Shown here: positions 21,044-32,233 of the stretch, in pieces | Layout: each line of letters begins with the position of its first letter | Position numbering within the stretch: the first letter of the stretch is position 1 | Origin: an uncultured Pseudobdellovibrionaceae bacterium | Lineage (GTDB): Bacteria > Bdellovibrionota > Bdellovibrionia > Bdellovibrionales > UBA1609 | Assembly: GCA_963803705.1 (NCBI GenBank) | Contig: CAWDNU010000001.1 | Coordinates: 352,001-416,000 of the forward strand | Length of the DNA stretch: 64,000 nucleotides | Direction of reading: 5' to 3' | Notes under the pieces: model-generated | The model's database searches: none | What the model saw: the letters and a program-made list of their open reading frames with translations, nothing else | What the model was told of the DNA's origin: nothing | Position numbers and translations under genes: made by a program

Positions 21044-21589
21044 TTAAGCAGGGCCTAAACTTTTATTTGAATTTGGCAAATCAGGAAGTTTGTCAGAAAG
21101 GTCGCTTTCGGTGTAGTCTCCGTCTTGAAATGAGCTTGCAGCGTTAGCGACTCTTTTTTCTAGTGTCTGCTTCATATCATCGAAGCTAGGCTTTAAATCT
21201 TTTGTAGAGGTTGGAGTAGAAACCATAACTTGCTGTGGTTTTTGGTTTAAATATTGTTCTTTTGGAAAAGCCCCAAGTTTGGCAAGAAAGGCAGAAATGC
21301 TTCCATTTTCATGTTGGATTACGTCTCTTAATGTTGCAAGAGGTGCGTAATGTGCAGATTTCTTTTCGGCCTCAAAAATAATTTGAGTAAGTGTAGCTGC
21401 AGTGATGTCATTTTTAGTTTTATTATCAATAACAATTACATCCTCGTTAGCACGAATCATTTTTGCAATATCATCAAGCGTGACATAGCAGCTCTGTTGC
21501 GTGTCATAAAGCTTTCTATTTTGATATCTTTTCACTATTTTGGCTCTGTATTTCGAGCCCTCTACTGCGCTATTTAACCCTTGATTCAC
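21044..21589 (-). CDS. PhaR-type DNA-binding domain protein
   Basis: IVKRYQNRKLYDTQQSCYVTLDDI motif; GGAGG RBS before GTG 21589. Confidence 0.85.
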   Translation of the reverse strand: MNQGLNSAVEGSKYRAKIVKRYQNRKLYDTQQSCYVTLDDIAKMIRANEDVIVIDNKTKNDITAATLTQIIFEAEKKSAHYAPLATLRDVIQHENGSISAFLAKLGAFPKEQYLNQKPQQVMVSTPTSTKDLKPSFDDMKQTLEKRVANAASSFQDGDYTESDLSDKLPDLPNSNKSLGPA

Positions 21590-21856
21590 ATGTCCTCCCT
21601 TAGTCACAAACCCTCTGTATTAGCACTACAGATAGGTTTACAAATCACGTGTGCATACATTACGAGCTGCAACATATAGTGGAGTGCCAAAATGTGTCAA
21701 CAACTTTGCCTACCCCAAATGTATCTAAACAACCCTGTTTTGCTAAGCTAGCAAGCATAAGTAAGAGTTTTTAAGAATTTAAAATAAGTTTGCTAGCTCA
21801 AGGTCTAGATTCTGTCAATTATGTCTCATATGCGTGCAGTCGGTAAATTCTGTCTT

Positions 21857-21883
21857 TCAGTATCATTAAGGCCGAACCGATTA
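21857..21883 (+). promoter_or_regulatory. Sigma28-like promoter
   Basis: TCAG-N15-ACCGATTA, 7 nt before ATG 21891. Confidence 0.5.
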
Positions 21884-21890
21884 ATAAGTC

Positions 21891-23606
21891 ATGATTTTGG
21901 TAGCTAAACACCTTATGAAAATTTCAATTCTAACGGTCATAGCTTTACAAATTGCGTGCGTTTCGAATGAACTAAATTCTGATACTTCTACACCAGTTAC
22001 CGCGAGTTTGAATGAAGCCGCGAAAAAAGATTATCTGGTCTTAAGATCGGATATGCATTCAATGAAAGGTGATTGGTTAAAGGCCCAGATGGATTTGGAG
22101 CAGGCCTTGGAAATAAGCTCGTCTGGTGAACTAGAGCTAAGGTACGCACTAGTTTTAGCACAGCGCGGACAATTTGATATCGCTGAAAAGAAGTTAGAAC
22201 AGCTATTACAGCAAGAAGATATGAGCACCAATGTCGAAGCATATTTAGCTTACGGCGAGGTGTTGGCGTTGCAAAATAAAGCTCAAGAGTCTTTGGTTGC
22301 TTACAAAAAAGCTTTAGCTCTAGACATAAAAAACTATAAAGCGATTATTTTTTTAGGAGCCATTTATTCTCAACTAAAAGAATACACTTTGGCTAAGCAG
22401 TATTTCGGTAGACTAAGAAATATAGAAGATTATAAACATTTGTCTGGATACTATTTAGGACGTCTAAATCAACAATTGGAGTATTATGCAACATCGGAAA
22501 AATACTTTGAGGCTTGTCTAGAAATAAAGCCTGATTTTACAGATTGCATATTTTCTTTAGTTGATAGTTTAACTCTACAAAAAAAATTCAATAAAGCTGT
22601 AGAAAAGTTAGATGTTTTTGTGGAAAACAATCCTGACTCTGACAGAGCCTTTGCAAAGCTATACGACTTACACCTTGAGCTTGGTCATCAGGACAAGGCT
22701 TTTGAACAACTTGTTCAGCTAGAACGATTTGAGCCACAAAATAGGTTTATCAAGATGCAAATGGCTTTGCACTTAGTTGAAAAAAATGATTCTAAAGCCG
22801 CAATTTCAAAGCTAAAAGAAATCGCAGCCTTAAGCCCAAAATTTGGAAAGACATACTTTTTGCTGTCGACAATTTATGAACGAGAAGGCGATGAAGAGAA
22901 AGCGCAATTTTACTATTCAAAAATCGCTAAAAATCAACCAATATATATAGACGCAAGTATCCAAAGAGCAAAAGATATTGAATCAAAAGCAGGGTTTGAA
23001 CCTGCTTTGAACTTTTTGAAAAAAGTCGACAACACATCTTTCGATTCCCGAGTCATGTTGTATATTGCTATTTTACAAAACAAGCTGGGTTTAGTGGACC
23101 AAAGTATTAAAACGTTAAGGAAAACCGTAAAACAAAATCCTGAAGACGTTCAAGTGATGTACTTTTTAGGGCATCTTGAGGGCGAGGCCGGGCAGCTAGG
23201 ACGCGCGATAGTAAACATGAAGAATGTTTTAAAATTAGATCCAGAGCATTCGGACGCACTAAATTATTTAGCGTTCTACTATGCAGATAGTAATATTTTA
23301 TTAGACGAAGCTGAAAAGCTGTCTAAAAAGGCGTTGAAACTAAAACCAGAAGACGGGCACTACAAAGACACAATGGGTTGGATCTATTTTAGGAAGGGGC
23401 AGTTTGAATTGGCCCAGAAATACTTAGAGCAAGCTTATAGCTTGAATCCTGAAGAGCCAGTTATTGCAGAACACCTAGCCGCCGTGTACTCTGTGAAAGG
23501 TCTTAAAGATAAGGCTAAACAGGTTTATACAAATCTTATAGAAAAAGGGATTGGCGATCGTGATAAATTACAAAGGCAAATCAACTCAATTTCGGTTCAA
23601 AAATAA
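21891..23606 (+). CDS. TPR-repeat lipoprotein
   Basis: Lipobox-like IAC; many TPRs; ALNYLAF..D TMGW motif. Confidence 0.9.
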   Translation: MILVAKHLMKISILTVIALQIACVSNELNSDTSTPVTASLNEAAKKDYLVLRSDMHSMKGDWLKAQMDLEQALEISSSGELELRYALVLAQRGQFDIAEKKLEQLLQQEDMSTNVEAYLAYGEVLALQNKAQESLVAYKKALALDIKNYKAIIFLGAIYSQLKEYTLAKQYFGRLRNIEDYKHLSGYYLGRLNQQLEYYATSEKYFEACLEIKPDFTDCIFSLVDSLTLQKKFNKAVEKLDVFVENNPDSDRAFAKLYDLHLELGHQDKAFEQLVQLERFEPQNRFIKMQMALHLVEKNDSKAAISKLKEIAALSPKFGKTYFLLSTIYEREGDEEKAQFYYSKIAKNQPIYIDASIQRAKDIESKAGFEPALNFLKKVDNTSFDSRVMLYIAILQNKLGLVDQSIKTLRKTVKQNPEDVQVMYFLGHLEGEAGQLGRAIVNMKNVLKLDPEHSDALNYLAFYYADSNILLDEAEKLSKKALKLKPEDGHYKDTMGWIYFRKGQFELAQKYLEQAYSLNPEEPVIAEHLAAVYSVKGLKDKAKQVYTNLIEKGIGDRDKLQRQINSISVQK

Positions 23607-24270
23607 ATTATCTTTTTTAGCTCTTTCAACCCTCATGTTATCAAGCTTGCTTTTTTCAGGCTGTCAGACGACTCCATCCGGCGGATTAAATGCTAATGCT
23701 ATAAATAAACCTTCTTATTGGGTGTTTAAAACAAACATATACAGCTCGCAAAAAAATAAGAATATTTCAGGTTATACCCATGTGACCTATATGAATCCCA
23801 AATTACTAAGGCTTGATATTTATGGTCCACTAGGTTTAATAAATGCAGGTTCGTTAGTATACAAAGGCGAAAATTTTCAGGCACTGATGCCGTTTAAGAA
23901 ACAATACTTTTTCGGAACGGCAACTTCTAAATCAATGGAAAAAATTTTAAAATCCCCAATAGAGCCTGGACTACTTGTTGATCTTATTTTTCAACGAAAG
24001 CCTTTGGGTCAAAACTGGGTGTGCAACAAGGATGAACAAGGATTTTTAAGGGACTGTCGAAATAGTATTTCAAATATAGGTATTGTTTGGAAGAAAAATA
24101 TTTCTAAGACCGACGGTCAAGTTATCGTTAGCCATAGTCAGGGCGAGCTGGATCTGAATTTGAGATCGAGCAAATATATTGAAATGCTACCCGATGAAAA
24201 ATTTATCCTTACAGCCCCAAGATCTTACTCAAAGTATAAGGTTGATGAGAAAGGGATCCAAAAGCTATAG
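23551..24270 (+). CDS. LolB/DUF4292-like lipoprotein (start uncertain)
   Basis: Lipobox FSGC; LRLDIYGPLG motif; follows a TPR gene as lolB-like genes do. Confidence 0.65.
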   Translation: MAIVINYKGKSTQFRFKNKLSFLALSTLMLSSLLFSGCQTTPSGGLNANAINKPSYWVFKTNIYSSQKNKNISGYTHVTYMNPKLLRLDIYGPLGLINAGSLVYKGENFQALMPFKKQYFFGTATSKSMEKILKSPIEPGLLVDLIFQRKPLGQNWVCNKDEQGFLRDCRNSISNIGIVWKKNISKTDGQVIVSHSQGELDLNLRSSKYIEMLPDEKFILTAPRSYSKYKVDEKGIQKL

Positions 24271-24577
24271 CCGTAATTTTTTTTATAGATCCAGCTAGCA
24301 CAGAAAAGGTTTCGAAAGAATTTAGATCATTCAATCCGAGCACATCTATATTTACAATTTTTATATGACTTAAGTCTTGAATCCAAGGCTTGGTTAATTT
24401 TATAGGATTTTTAATATTCCACCTCTAACGCAAAATAGAGCTGTTGCTGTTTCTTACGTTGATACGCGAAAGATAATACGTCCCATAATTATACTTTTGA
24501 TTAGCTATTGATTTAATTTGTCTGTTCTAAGCTTTCAGCATTTGAGATTTGTTCGAATAGGAAGGATAATAAGAGAT

Positions 24578-24593
24578 GGCTTAAATTTAAGCC
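24578..24593. promoter_or_regulatory. Perfect 16-bp palindrome upstream of prkA
   Basis: GGCTTAAATTTAAGCC, 37 nt before the ATG. Confidence 0.4.
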
Positions 24594-24630
24594 TAAGGTT
24601 ATTAAAATCTAAAAAAGGGGATGTAAGTCG

Positions 24631-26724
24631 ATGAGTTCTCGAAATTTCAAAGAAATCTTAGAAGCCACAGAATTACAAAGTAAATTCAAAGATCTAAGTT
24701 GGTCTGGAACTTTTGACGATTATCTAAATATTGTTAGAAAAAACCCCCTAGTTACAAGAAACGCTTTTCAACGACTTTACGATATCGTTAGCGAAAAGGG
24801 TTATTCTAATTACATCGATGCAAAAAAAGAAGTGTTTCATTACAATTTTTTTGATGACCCAGATAACAACGGGAAAGATGCTGTCTTTGGATTAGACGTT
24901 CCATTAATGAAATTAGTCAATGTGATCAAAGCAGCCTCTTTAGGTTACGGGACCGAAAAAAGAGTAATCTTGCTCCACGGCCCAGTGGGAAGCGCTAAAT
25001 CGACGATAGTTAGGATGATGAAAAAGGGCGTCGAACAGTATTCTAGAACAGAAAAAGGAGCACTATATTGCTTCGACTGGATTGACCACGACGGTGAACA
25101 TCCAGAAATCTTCGGTGAAGGCGTCAGAGAATTCCCAAGCCCAATGCACGAGGATCCATTACTACTTATTCCAGAAGATATGAGATCGCGTTTTTTAACT
25201 GAATTGAACGGTGATTCCCAGCAGCTTAGTAAAAATTCGGATCACCTTATCAAAATCGACGGCGAGCTTTGTCCTCCTAGTCGATTTATCTTCAAAAAGC
25301 TTTTAGATAAGTATGATGGTGATCTAATAAAAATTTTTAAGCACATAAGAGTTAAGAGGTTAGTGTTAAGCGAGGCTGATAGAATCGGCATCGGCACGTT
25401 TCAACCAAAAGACGAAAAAAACCAAGATAGCACTGAGCTAACTGGCGATATAAACTACAGAAAAATAGCTCAGTATGGCTCTGACTCGGATCCCAGAGCA
25501 TTTAATTTCGATGGCGAATTCAACATCGCTAATCGTGGAATTATAGAATTCGTTGAAGTCCTTAAACTTGATGTAGCCTTTTTGTATGATTTACTAGGGG
25601 CTTCACAAGAGCATAGAGTTAAACCGAAAAAATTTGCTCAGACCCACATAGATGAAGTTATTATAGGTCACACCAATGAGCCAGAATATAGAAAACTTCA
25701 GGACAATGAATTCATGGAGGCTCTAAGAGACAGAACTGTAAAAATAGACATACCCTACATCACAAAGCATTCTTATGAAGTCGAAGTTTATAAAAGAGAC
25801 TTTAATTCCAGATTATTAAAAGGCGTTTCAATTGCTCCACATACCATTGAAATGGCAGCTATGTGGGCCATTTTAACGAGATTAGAAAAGCCGAAGAAGG
25901 CGAATCTAAACCGGTTGCAAAAACTTAAACTCTATAATGGTCAAACTTTATCAAATTACACAGAAGACAATATAAAGGAACTTAGAAAAGAGGCTAAACG
26001 TGAGGGCCTAAGCGGAATATCAGCTAGATACATCCAAGATAAAATTTCGAATGCGATAATTTTAGCGCAGCAGTCAAATAAAGGTTCAGTGAATCCATTT
26101 ATGGTGATGAATGAATTGGAGTCTGGCTTAAAAAGTCACTCATTAATTTCAAACGAAGACCTAAAGCAAGATTACAGAGAGCTGCTTGCAATTGTAAGAC
26201 AAGAGTATGAAGAGATTATTAAACTTGAGGTGCAAAAGGCAATTAGTTCTGATGAAAGCGCCCTTCAAGCTTTATGTTCAAATTATGTCGACAATATCAA
26301 AGCTTACACTCAAAGAGTAAAGGTCAAAAATGCATCTGGTATCGTCGAAGAGCCAGATGAAAGATTAATGCGATCAATTGAAGACAAAATTGATATCCCT
26401 GAATCCAGAAAAGACGACTTTAGGCGAGAGATCATGAATTACATTGGGGCGATAGATATCGAAGGTAGAAAGTTTGACTATAAGACAAACGAAAGACTTT
26501 ATACAGCTTTAGAGCTAAAACTTTTTGAAGATCAAAGGGATAGCATTAAGCTAACAACCCAAGTGCATTCGGCAATCGATCGTGAATCTCGAGAAAAAAT
26601 TGATCTGATCAAAACTGTTCTTATCAAAAACTATGGCTATGACGAAATCTCGGCTGTGGATGTACTAGATCACGTTGCTAGTATTTTTGCGCGGGGGGAC
26701 GTCAAAGATCCAGAAAAGAAGTAG
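24631..26724 (+). CDS. prkA: PrkA/YeaG family AAA+ serine protein kinase
   Basis: [11 protein letters not shown]alker [21 protein letters not shown]. Confidence 0.95.
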   Translation: MSSRNFKEILEATELQSKFKDLSWSGTFDDYLNIVRKNPLVTRNAFQRLYDIVSEKGYSNYIDAKKEVFHYNFFDDPDNNGKDAVFGLDVPLMKLVNVIKAASLGYGTEKRVILLHGPVGSAKSTIVRMMKKGVEQYSRTEKGALYCFDWIDHDGEHPEIFGEGVREFPSPMHEDPLLLIPEDMRSRFLTELNGDSQQLSKNSDHLIKIDGELCPPSRFIFKKLLDKYDGDLIKIFKHIRVKRLVLSEADRIGIGTFQPKDEKNQDSTELTGDINYRKIAQYGSDSDPRAFNFDGEFNIANRGIIEFVEVLKLDVAFLYDLLGASQEHRVKPKKFAQTHIDEVIIGHTNEPEYRKLQDNEFMEALRDRTVKIDIPYITKHSYEVEVYKRDFNSRLLKGVSIAPHTIEMAAMWAILTRLEKPKKANLNRLQKLKLYNGQTLSNYTEDNIKELRKEAKREGLSGISARYIQDKISNAIILAQQSNKGSVNPFMVMNELESGLKSHSLISNEDLKQDYRELLAIVRQEYEEIIKLEVQKAISSDESALQALCSNYVDNIKAYTQRVKVKNASGIVEEPDERLMRSIEDKIDIPESRKDDFRREIMNYIGAIDIEGRKFDYKTNERLYTALELKLFEDQRDSIKLTTQVHSAIDRESREKIDLIKTVLIKNYGYDEISAVDVLDHVASIFARGDVKDPEKK

Positions 26725-26764
26725 CTAATTTATAAACAAATTTTTCAAAAAATGGGGATGCCAT

Positions 26765-27868
26765 TTGGGAATTCAATCTGACCACTCTAGATTTAAAGAT
26801 ATTATTCGAGGAAAAATCAAGGAGGATTTTAAAAAATATATCACCCATGAAGAGATGATTGGACGACAAGAAAATGACTACGTTAAGATTCCTATACCTA
26901 AAATAAAAATTCCTAAGTTTGTATATGGTCCTAAGCAAAGCGGTGGTGTAGGCCAAGGTCAAGGTAAGCCTGGTGATCCCATGGGAGAAGCGGGTCAAGA
27001 AGCTTCCGGTGAAGGTCCAGCAGGCGACTCTGAAGGCGAGCACCATATTGAAGTAGAAATGAGCTTCGATGAGCTTGCAGAGATTCTAGGCGAAGAGTTA
27101 CAGCTACCTAATATTTTACCGAAGGGCAAAAAAGTGATTCAAAGTGAGTCACAGAAATATAAAAGTATATCTAATGTTGGTCCTCAGGGCTTGCGCCACT
27201 TCAAACGAACCTACAAAGAGGCGCTGAAGAGGTATATCTCTACAGATCAGTACGACCCCAATGATCCAATTTTAGTTCCAATAAAGAAAGATATGCGCTT
27301 TCGCTCGCCTAAACTTACAACTTCGCCGCAGTCAAACGCCGTGGTTATTTATATGATGGATGTTTCAGGCTCAATGGGTGAAGAGCAAAAACGAATAGTT
27401 CGTTTGGAAAGTTTTTGGATCAACACTTGGCTAAAGAAAAACTACAAAGGTTTAGAAAATAGATTCATTATCCATGATGCCTCCGCGAAAGAAGTTGATG
27501 AAGATACATTTTTTAAAACCAGTGAATCTGGTGGAACTTTAATTAGTTCAGCTTATAAAAAATGTCTAGAAATAATAGATCAAGATTATCCGATCAACGA
27601 CTGGAATATATATACATTTCACTTTAGTGATGGTGACAATTGGAGCGGTGAAGATACTAAACTTTGTCTAGACATTTTAAAAACTAAATTTTTACCGATC
27701 GTTAATATGTTTGGTTACGGTCAGGTAGAGTCTAAATATGGAAGTGGACAATTTATTAAAGATTTAAACCAGCATTTCGACTTAGAAGAAAGAATAATTA
27801 GAAGTCATATAAAAGATCGAACAAAAATTATAAAATCTATAAAAGAGTTTTTAGGAAAAGGACATTAA
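26765..27868 (+). CDS. yeaH: YeaH/YhbH (DUF444) vWA-like protein
   Basis: MMDVSGSM MIDAS-like motif; ESGGT; HFSDGDNW. Confidence 0.93.
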   Translation: MGIQSDHSRFKDIIRGKIKEDFKKYITHEEMIGRQENDYVKIPIPKIKIPKFVYGPKQSGGVGQGQGKPGDPMGEAGQEASGEGPAGDSEGEHHIEVEMSFDELAEILGEELQLPNILPKGKKVIQSESQKYKSISNVGPQGLRHFKRTYKEALKRYISTDQYDPNDPILVPIKKDMRFRSPKLTTSPQSNAVVIYMMDVSGSMGEEQKRIVRLESFWINTWLKKNYKGLENRFIIHDASAKEVDEDTFFKTSESGGTLISSAYKKCLEIIDQDYPINDWNIYTFHFSDGDNWSGEDTKLCLDILKTKFLPIVNMFGYGQVESKYGSGQFIKDLNQHFDLEERIIRSHIKDRTKIIKSIKEFLGKGH

Positions 27869-29238
27869 TGGCAAATATTTCTGAAGAGCTTGCAAATTAC
27901 CAGAAGGATATCAAAAAAATTGCTAAGGTTTATGGGTTGGATTTTTTTGAAACTGTGTTTGAAATGGTTGATTACAGCCAAATGAATCAGATTGCGGCTT
28001 ATGGTGGCTTTCCAATTCGCTATCCCCATTGGCGGTTTGGAATGGAGTACGAAGGTTTATCCAAAGGTTATGAATACGGTTTATCTAAGATTTATGAACT
28101 TGTGATTAACAATGACCCTTGTTACGCATACTTGTTAGAGGGAAACTCTACAACTGACCAAAAGCTTGTCATGGCTCATGTGTATGGGCATTGTGATTTT
28201 TTTAAAAACAATAAATGGTTCGAAAATACAGATAGAAAAATGATGGACACCATGGGCAATCACGCTTCAAGGGTTAGACGACATATAGATAAGCATGGTA
28301 TCGAAACGGTAGAAAAATTTATTGATATATGCTTAAGCCTAGAAAATTTGATAGATCGGTATCGACCCTATGTAAAGGATTTAAATAAAAAATCTAATGA
28401 ACAAAATGGCTCTACTGAAAAAGATGTGCTCCTGTTTTTGATACAAAATGCAGAAACTGAAGATTGGAAGAAAGATATTATTCAAATAATAAGATCTGAG
28501 TCCTACTACTTTTCTCCGCAAGGAATGACAAAAATTATGAATGAGGGCTGGGCCTCCTACTGGCACGCCAAAATGATGACTCAAGATATCTGTAGAGATC
28601 ATGAAATTGTTCAGTTTGCAGATGTGCACAGTGGTACAATGTCTATGAATCCTAATGGATTTAATCCATACAAAATTGGCATTGAGCTTTTTAGAAATAT
28701 CGAAGATAGATGGAATAAAGGTCAATTTGGTAGGCAATGGTCTGAATGTGACGACCTACAAGAAAAAGCTGGTTGGAATTTAAATTTAGATGAAGGCCGA
28801 GAAAAAATTTTTCAAGTTCGAAGAGACTACAACGATGTTGGCTTTATAGATGAATTTCTTTCTGAAGAATTTTGTATTGAGCATAAGCTTTTCGTGTATA
28901 AATTTAACCGTAAGACGAACAAATATGAAGTTGATACAAGAGACTTCAAAGCTATAAAAAAAAAGCTACTTTTTCAATTGGCAAATTTCGGTCAACCGAT
29001 CATCAGTGCTGTAGATCACAATATGAATCAAAAGGGTGAGCTTTTATTGTCTCATCTTTTTGAAGGCGTAGAAATGCAACCAGATTATATGAAAGAGACT
29101 ATGACAAGGGTGTTTCAAATATGGGGTAAACCCGTCCACCTAGCAACTGTTTTAGATAAGGAGCCTAAAGTAGTTACATATAACGGTGAAGATTTTGAAA
29201 TTAAAGATTTTGATAAAGTTGTCACCGAAAACCTATGA
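27868..29238 (+). CDS. spoVR: SpoVR/YcgB family protein
   Basis: [43 protein letters not shown]. Confidence 0.95.
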   Translation: MANISEELANYQKDIKKIAKVYGLDFFETVFEMVDYSQMNQIAAYGGFPIRYPHWRFGMEYEGLSKGYEYGLSKIYELVINNDPCYAYLLEGNSTTDQKLVMAHVYGHCDFFKNNKWFENTDRKMMDTMGNHASRVRRHIDKHGIETVEKFIDICLSLENLIDRYRPYVKDLNKKSNEQNGSTEKDVLLFLIQNAETEDWKKDIIQIIRSESYYFSPQGMTKIMNEGWASYWHAKMMTQDICRDHEIVQFADVHSGTMSMNPNGFNPYKIGIELFRNIEDRWNKGQFGRQWSECDDLQEKAGWNLNLDEGREKIFQVRRDYNDVGFIDEFLSEEFCIEHKLFVYKFNRKTNKYEVDTRDFKAIKKKLLFQLANFGQPIISAVDHNMNQKGELLLSHLFEGVEMQPDYMKETMTRVFQIWGKPVHLATVLDKEPKVVTYNGEDFEIKDFDKVVTENL

Positions 29239-29507
29239 TAGCCCTTGTTGATTGTAATTCATTTTATGTTTTTTGTGAAAGGTTATTCATCCCAAAGCTT
29301 CAGTATAAGCCCGTAGTCGTATTATCAAATAATGATGGATGCGTAGTATCCCGCTCTCTTGAGGTTAAAGCACTTGGTATGCCTATGGGCATACCTTATT
29401 TCAAAATGAAAAGTGAATTTAAAAATTTAGGTTTTTGGCTTAAAATATATCACGCTATATGGGTGGATATATTATCCTATTTTATTAAATGTTTACTGGC
29501 ACCATAA
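29235..29507 (+). pseudogene. umuC: 5' fragment of Y-family DNA polymerase V subunit
   Basis: [30 protein letters not shown]; similarity stops after about 65 aa. Confidence 0.88.
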
Positions 29508-29550
29508 GTGCAATGTTTAATTCAAATATTTTAAAAAAAGGATATAACTT

Positions 29551-30270
29551 ATGTCAGTGTTTATAGATTATTCAAGTGTCGTAAATAATGTTCTCATTTG
29601 CTGTTTTTTCACAAGCGCTTTATTTGGGTCAAACTTAACATTGGCTCAAAATGAGACAGCGGAATCTGAGCCAACAAATAATGTAATTACTTTGCCTGGA
29701 ATAGGCGGAGGCCCAAAAAATCAAACCAGATATAATTTCACTGCAGAAGAGTTTTTTTATCCGATCAAGCCACATGCTGTAAGAGACCATTTGCCTGAAA
29801 AACTTATTTTTGAAGTTGTTCGAGATATGGATTTAGAAACCTTGAAATCAAAATTACAAGAGCAAAGTTGGAAAACAGTATTTCATTGCAATGGACGCGC
29901 GCTCACAGTTGATATGTTTAGGAACACAAGACATCTTGATGGCGTTACAAATCAATCTGTAGTTGATAATTATTCTTTTAATGGTAACCAGGGTGTTGTA
30001 AATCAAACATTTTATCCCCCAGAAGAAAACCCAGACAGATACCCAGAAATTGAATTTCGAACTATAAATATTGATAGTATTGATAATTTAGGTGAAGGGA
30101 ATTTTAATTTTGAATTAAACAGATACGCTCCTCGTGTGTATACTATTATAAAAGTTAGAGAAACAAATGAGATTTTAATTCAGTCAGTAAATGTAAATTC
30201 GCCAGGTGTATGTCCTGACGGTAAACGCCCTGCAGCTCTCCTTGTTCCATTTAACAATTTAATGTCCTAA
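29551..30270 (+). CDS. Secreted hypothetical protein
   Basis: 239-aa ORF; AAGGA RBS; signal-like N-terminus. Confidence 0.7.
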   Translation: MSVFIDYSSVVNNVLICCFFTSALFGSNLTLAQNETAESEPTNNVITLPGIGGGPKNQTRYNFTAEEFFYPIKPHAVRDHLPEKLIFEVVRDMDLETLKSKLQEQSWKTVFHCNGRALTVDMFRNTRHLDGVTNQSVVDNYSFNGNQGVVNQTFYPPEENPDRYPEIEFRTINIDSIDNLGEGNFNFELNRYAPRVYTIIKVRETNEILIQSVNVNSPGVCPDGKRPAALLVPFNNLMS

Positions 30271-30724
30271 ATTATTTTAGAGTCTTAAATCACAAATCTT
30301 ATCTGGCCCAAGTCTTCCGAAGAGGGGAGGCAATGGTAGATAGTTTTTTTGAGTAAATAGTTAGTCTTATTTGATTTTAGAATTTGTAAATTAAATGCCA
30401 AAAATTTAAAGTTTTTTTTCATAGTGCTATTTCGAGGGTTTTCTTCTTTTTCTAACATCATCAATATATCTTTGTGATCAATAACCCTATTTTGGGTTTG
30501 CTCTAATACCGTGATTGGATCTAGTACATCGGCCTGATTTTGATTTAGGTACTTTTTTTAAAGCAGTATTTTAAAAACGCAGAGATTGCGGCTTTTTTCC
30601 GAGCTAAAGTTAATTTTTTTAAATTTTGATTTTCTTTTAAGTAAACCAATATATGAAAGTCAGTGATGTCCTTGATAGTTAGCTTCTGAAAAGAATAAGA
30701 TTAAAGAAGGACTAAAAATTAGAT

Positions 30725-31318
30725 TCATAAGCAATTTGACTCTCTCAAAAAATGAATCATTTCATCAGTTGTATCAGCAGCGGTCATATGTTCAGTGTAA
30801 AAAATTTTCTTAGCTAATAGGTGATTCGATTTATGAAAGACAAACTCTCTATTTATTTCAAGTTCAGATTCTGTAGGTTCCCTTCTTTGCTCTTTTAAAA
30901 TTAGATCTGCAAATCTTTGATTTAATATTTTAACTGATTCTTCTTTATCACTTGATGGTAAAATTAGAAAAACGTCCGGATATGGATCCAAGAGGCATCT
31001 AGCTACTTCTAACTGCTCTGATTGGGCGTAATGGGAGTGCCCTGCTCCAAAGTCTACTATAGCATTAGGAAAATCTCTTAACAATCCACTTATCGCGTTA
31101 AGCTCAAACGGCTTCCAGTATCTCACTACTTCTTCGAAAGACTTACATTTTTTTTGCTCTAAAAGATCAAAGCCATTTTTGTAGTAGTAAAACCATCTTA
31201 CATCGTCCATTGGTACGTTACGGATATTAAGTTTTCTACTGAGGAGTTCGGCAAGTGTTGATTTGCCAGCGCACATAGGTCCAATAAGGATAATTGAGTT
31301 TTTCATTATATCTGTCAA
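30725..31318 (-). CDS. Shikimate-kinase-like P-loop protein
   Basis: IILIGPMCAGKST; DFGAG. Confidence 0.75.
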   Translation of the reverse strand: MTDIMKNSIILIGPMCAGKSTLAELLSRKLNIRNVPMDDVRWFYYYKNGFDLLEQKKCKSFEEVVRYWKPFELNAISGLLRDFPNAIVDFGAGHSHYAQSEQLEVARCLLDPYPDVFLILPSSDKEESVKILNQRFADLILKEQRREPTESELEINREFVFHKSNHLLAKKIFYTEHMTAADTTDEMIHFLRESNCL

Positions 31319-31564
31319 GATATAGCATTTGGTACTGAAAACCTATCATTAATTAAAATCCAAAACAATTAATACCCTCAATCGTATTTGATCCTATTCA
31401 AACTGAGCAGCTTTAGGAAAATAATTCTACCTTGCTATACGCAACAATATTTGCAAGGCTCTGCGCTAAGAGCAATCTCTCTCTTTCTGGTTTTGTAATG
31501 ATTAAGTTAACTTAAATGTTGTTTTGGAGAAGCTCGATTTTTGTGAGAAGCAACATAAAATACT

Positions 31565-31594
31565 CCTAATGATAATGACCCAATTATGCTAAAT
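31565..31594 (+). other. Candidate Xer recombination site (11-8-11, cer-like spacing)
   Basis: CCTAATGATAA-TGACCCAA-TTATGCTAAAT; right arm differs by 1 nt from the XerD arm TTATGTTAAAT. Confidence 0.4.
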
Positions 31595-31770
31595 CTACAC
31601 CGCAAACACTTTATTTTTGTTCCTGACCTCGAATTATAAATTCCGCAAATAAAATAATATCTTTCTCTGAAGTGGTCTTTCCCTTAGTGGCAGATCTAGC
31701 TGCTCAACAGAGATTTTTTGAGTGTGATCAGATATTTCAGAAAGTTCCCTTAATTTTATAGAAATAAAAA

Positions 31771-32082
31771 CTAAGCTGGCTTAACTTCGATAAGTAGCTT
31801 TAGATTCGCCTCATCAACCTGTTGCTGTAAGTAAGCTTTAACCCAGACCTCATGGGGTTCTTTCAGTTTCTTGGCCCATTTAACAGTTGTAAGCATGGAA
31901 GGAAGCCTCCTACCCTTTTCATAGTCACAGATCTTTTGTTTTGTGGTACCTAGTTTTTCAGCTATCTGTTCTTGCGACATTTCTTCACCGAGCCTGTGGG
32001 CTTTGAGCAATTCAGAAAAATAAAGCTTTCCAAAAACCTTTTCTAGATATTTAGATGCATTTTCAGTTTTTTTAATAATCAT
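31771..32082 (-). CDS. XRE-family HTH antitoxin (HigA-like)
   Basis: MSQEQIAEKLGTTKQKICDYEKGRRLPS HTH; overlaps the toxin remnant. Confidence 0.88.
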   Translation of the reverse strand: MIIKKTENASKYLEKVFGKLYFSELLKAHRLGEEMSQEQIAEKLGTTKQKICDYEKGRRLPSMLTTVKWAKKLKEPHEVWVKAYLQQQVDEANLKLLIEVKPA

Positions 32083-32233
32083 GTGGCATAACCTCCTGAA
32101 TAATTATTAGATTAATTTCACCATCACCACTTATATTGTAGATGAGCCCCCATTTTTTGGTAAGGTAAACAGACTTTTGGCCTTTTCTGTCACCTTTTAA
32201 ACTATGATCTCTAAAGCCTGATATCAACCTAAC
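32072..32233 (-). pseudogene. 3' remnant of RelE/HigB-type mRNA interferase toxin
   Basis: VRLISGFRDHSLKGDRKGQKSVYLTKKWGLIYNISGDGEINLIIIQEVMPHDY*; in-frame stop immediately upstream (32249-32251); N-terminal half missing. Confidence 0.8.

Noticed and set aside
21668..21691. Minus-strand TTGGCAC upstream of the PhaR-like gene
   Set aside because: No TTGC at the required distance
30280..30600. Open minus-strand frame without a clear start
   Set aside because: No motif or RBS; probably a remnant and not supportable as a gene
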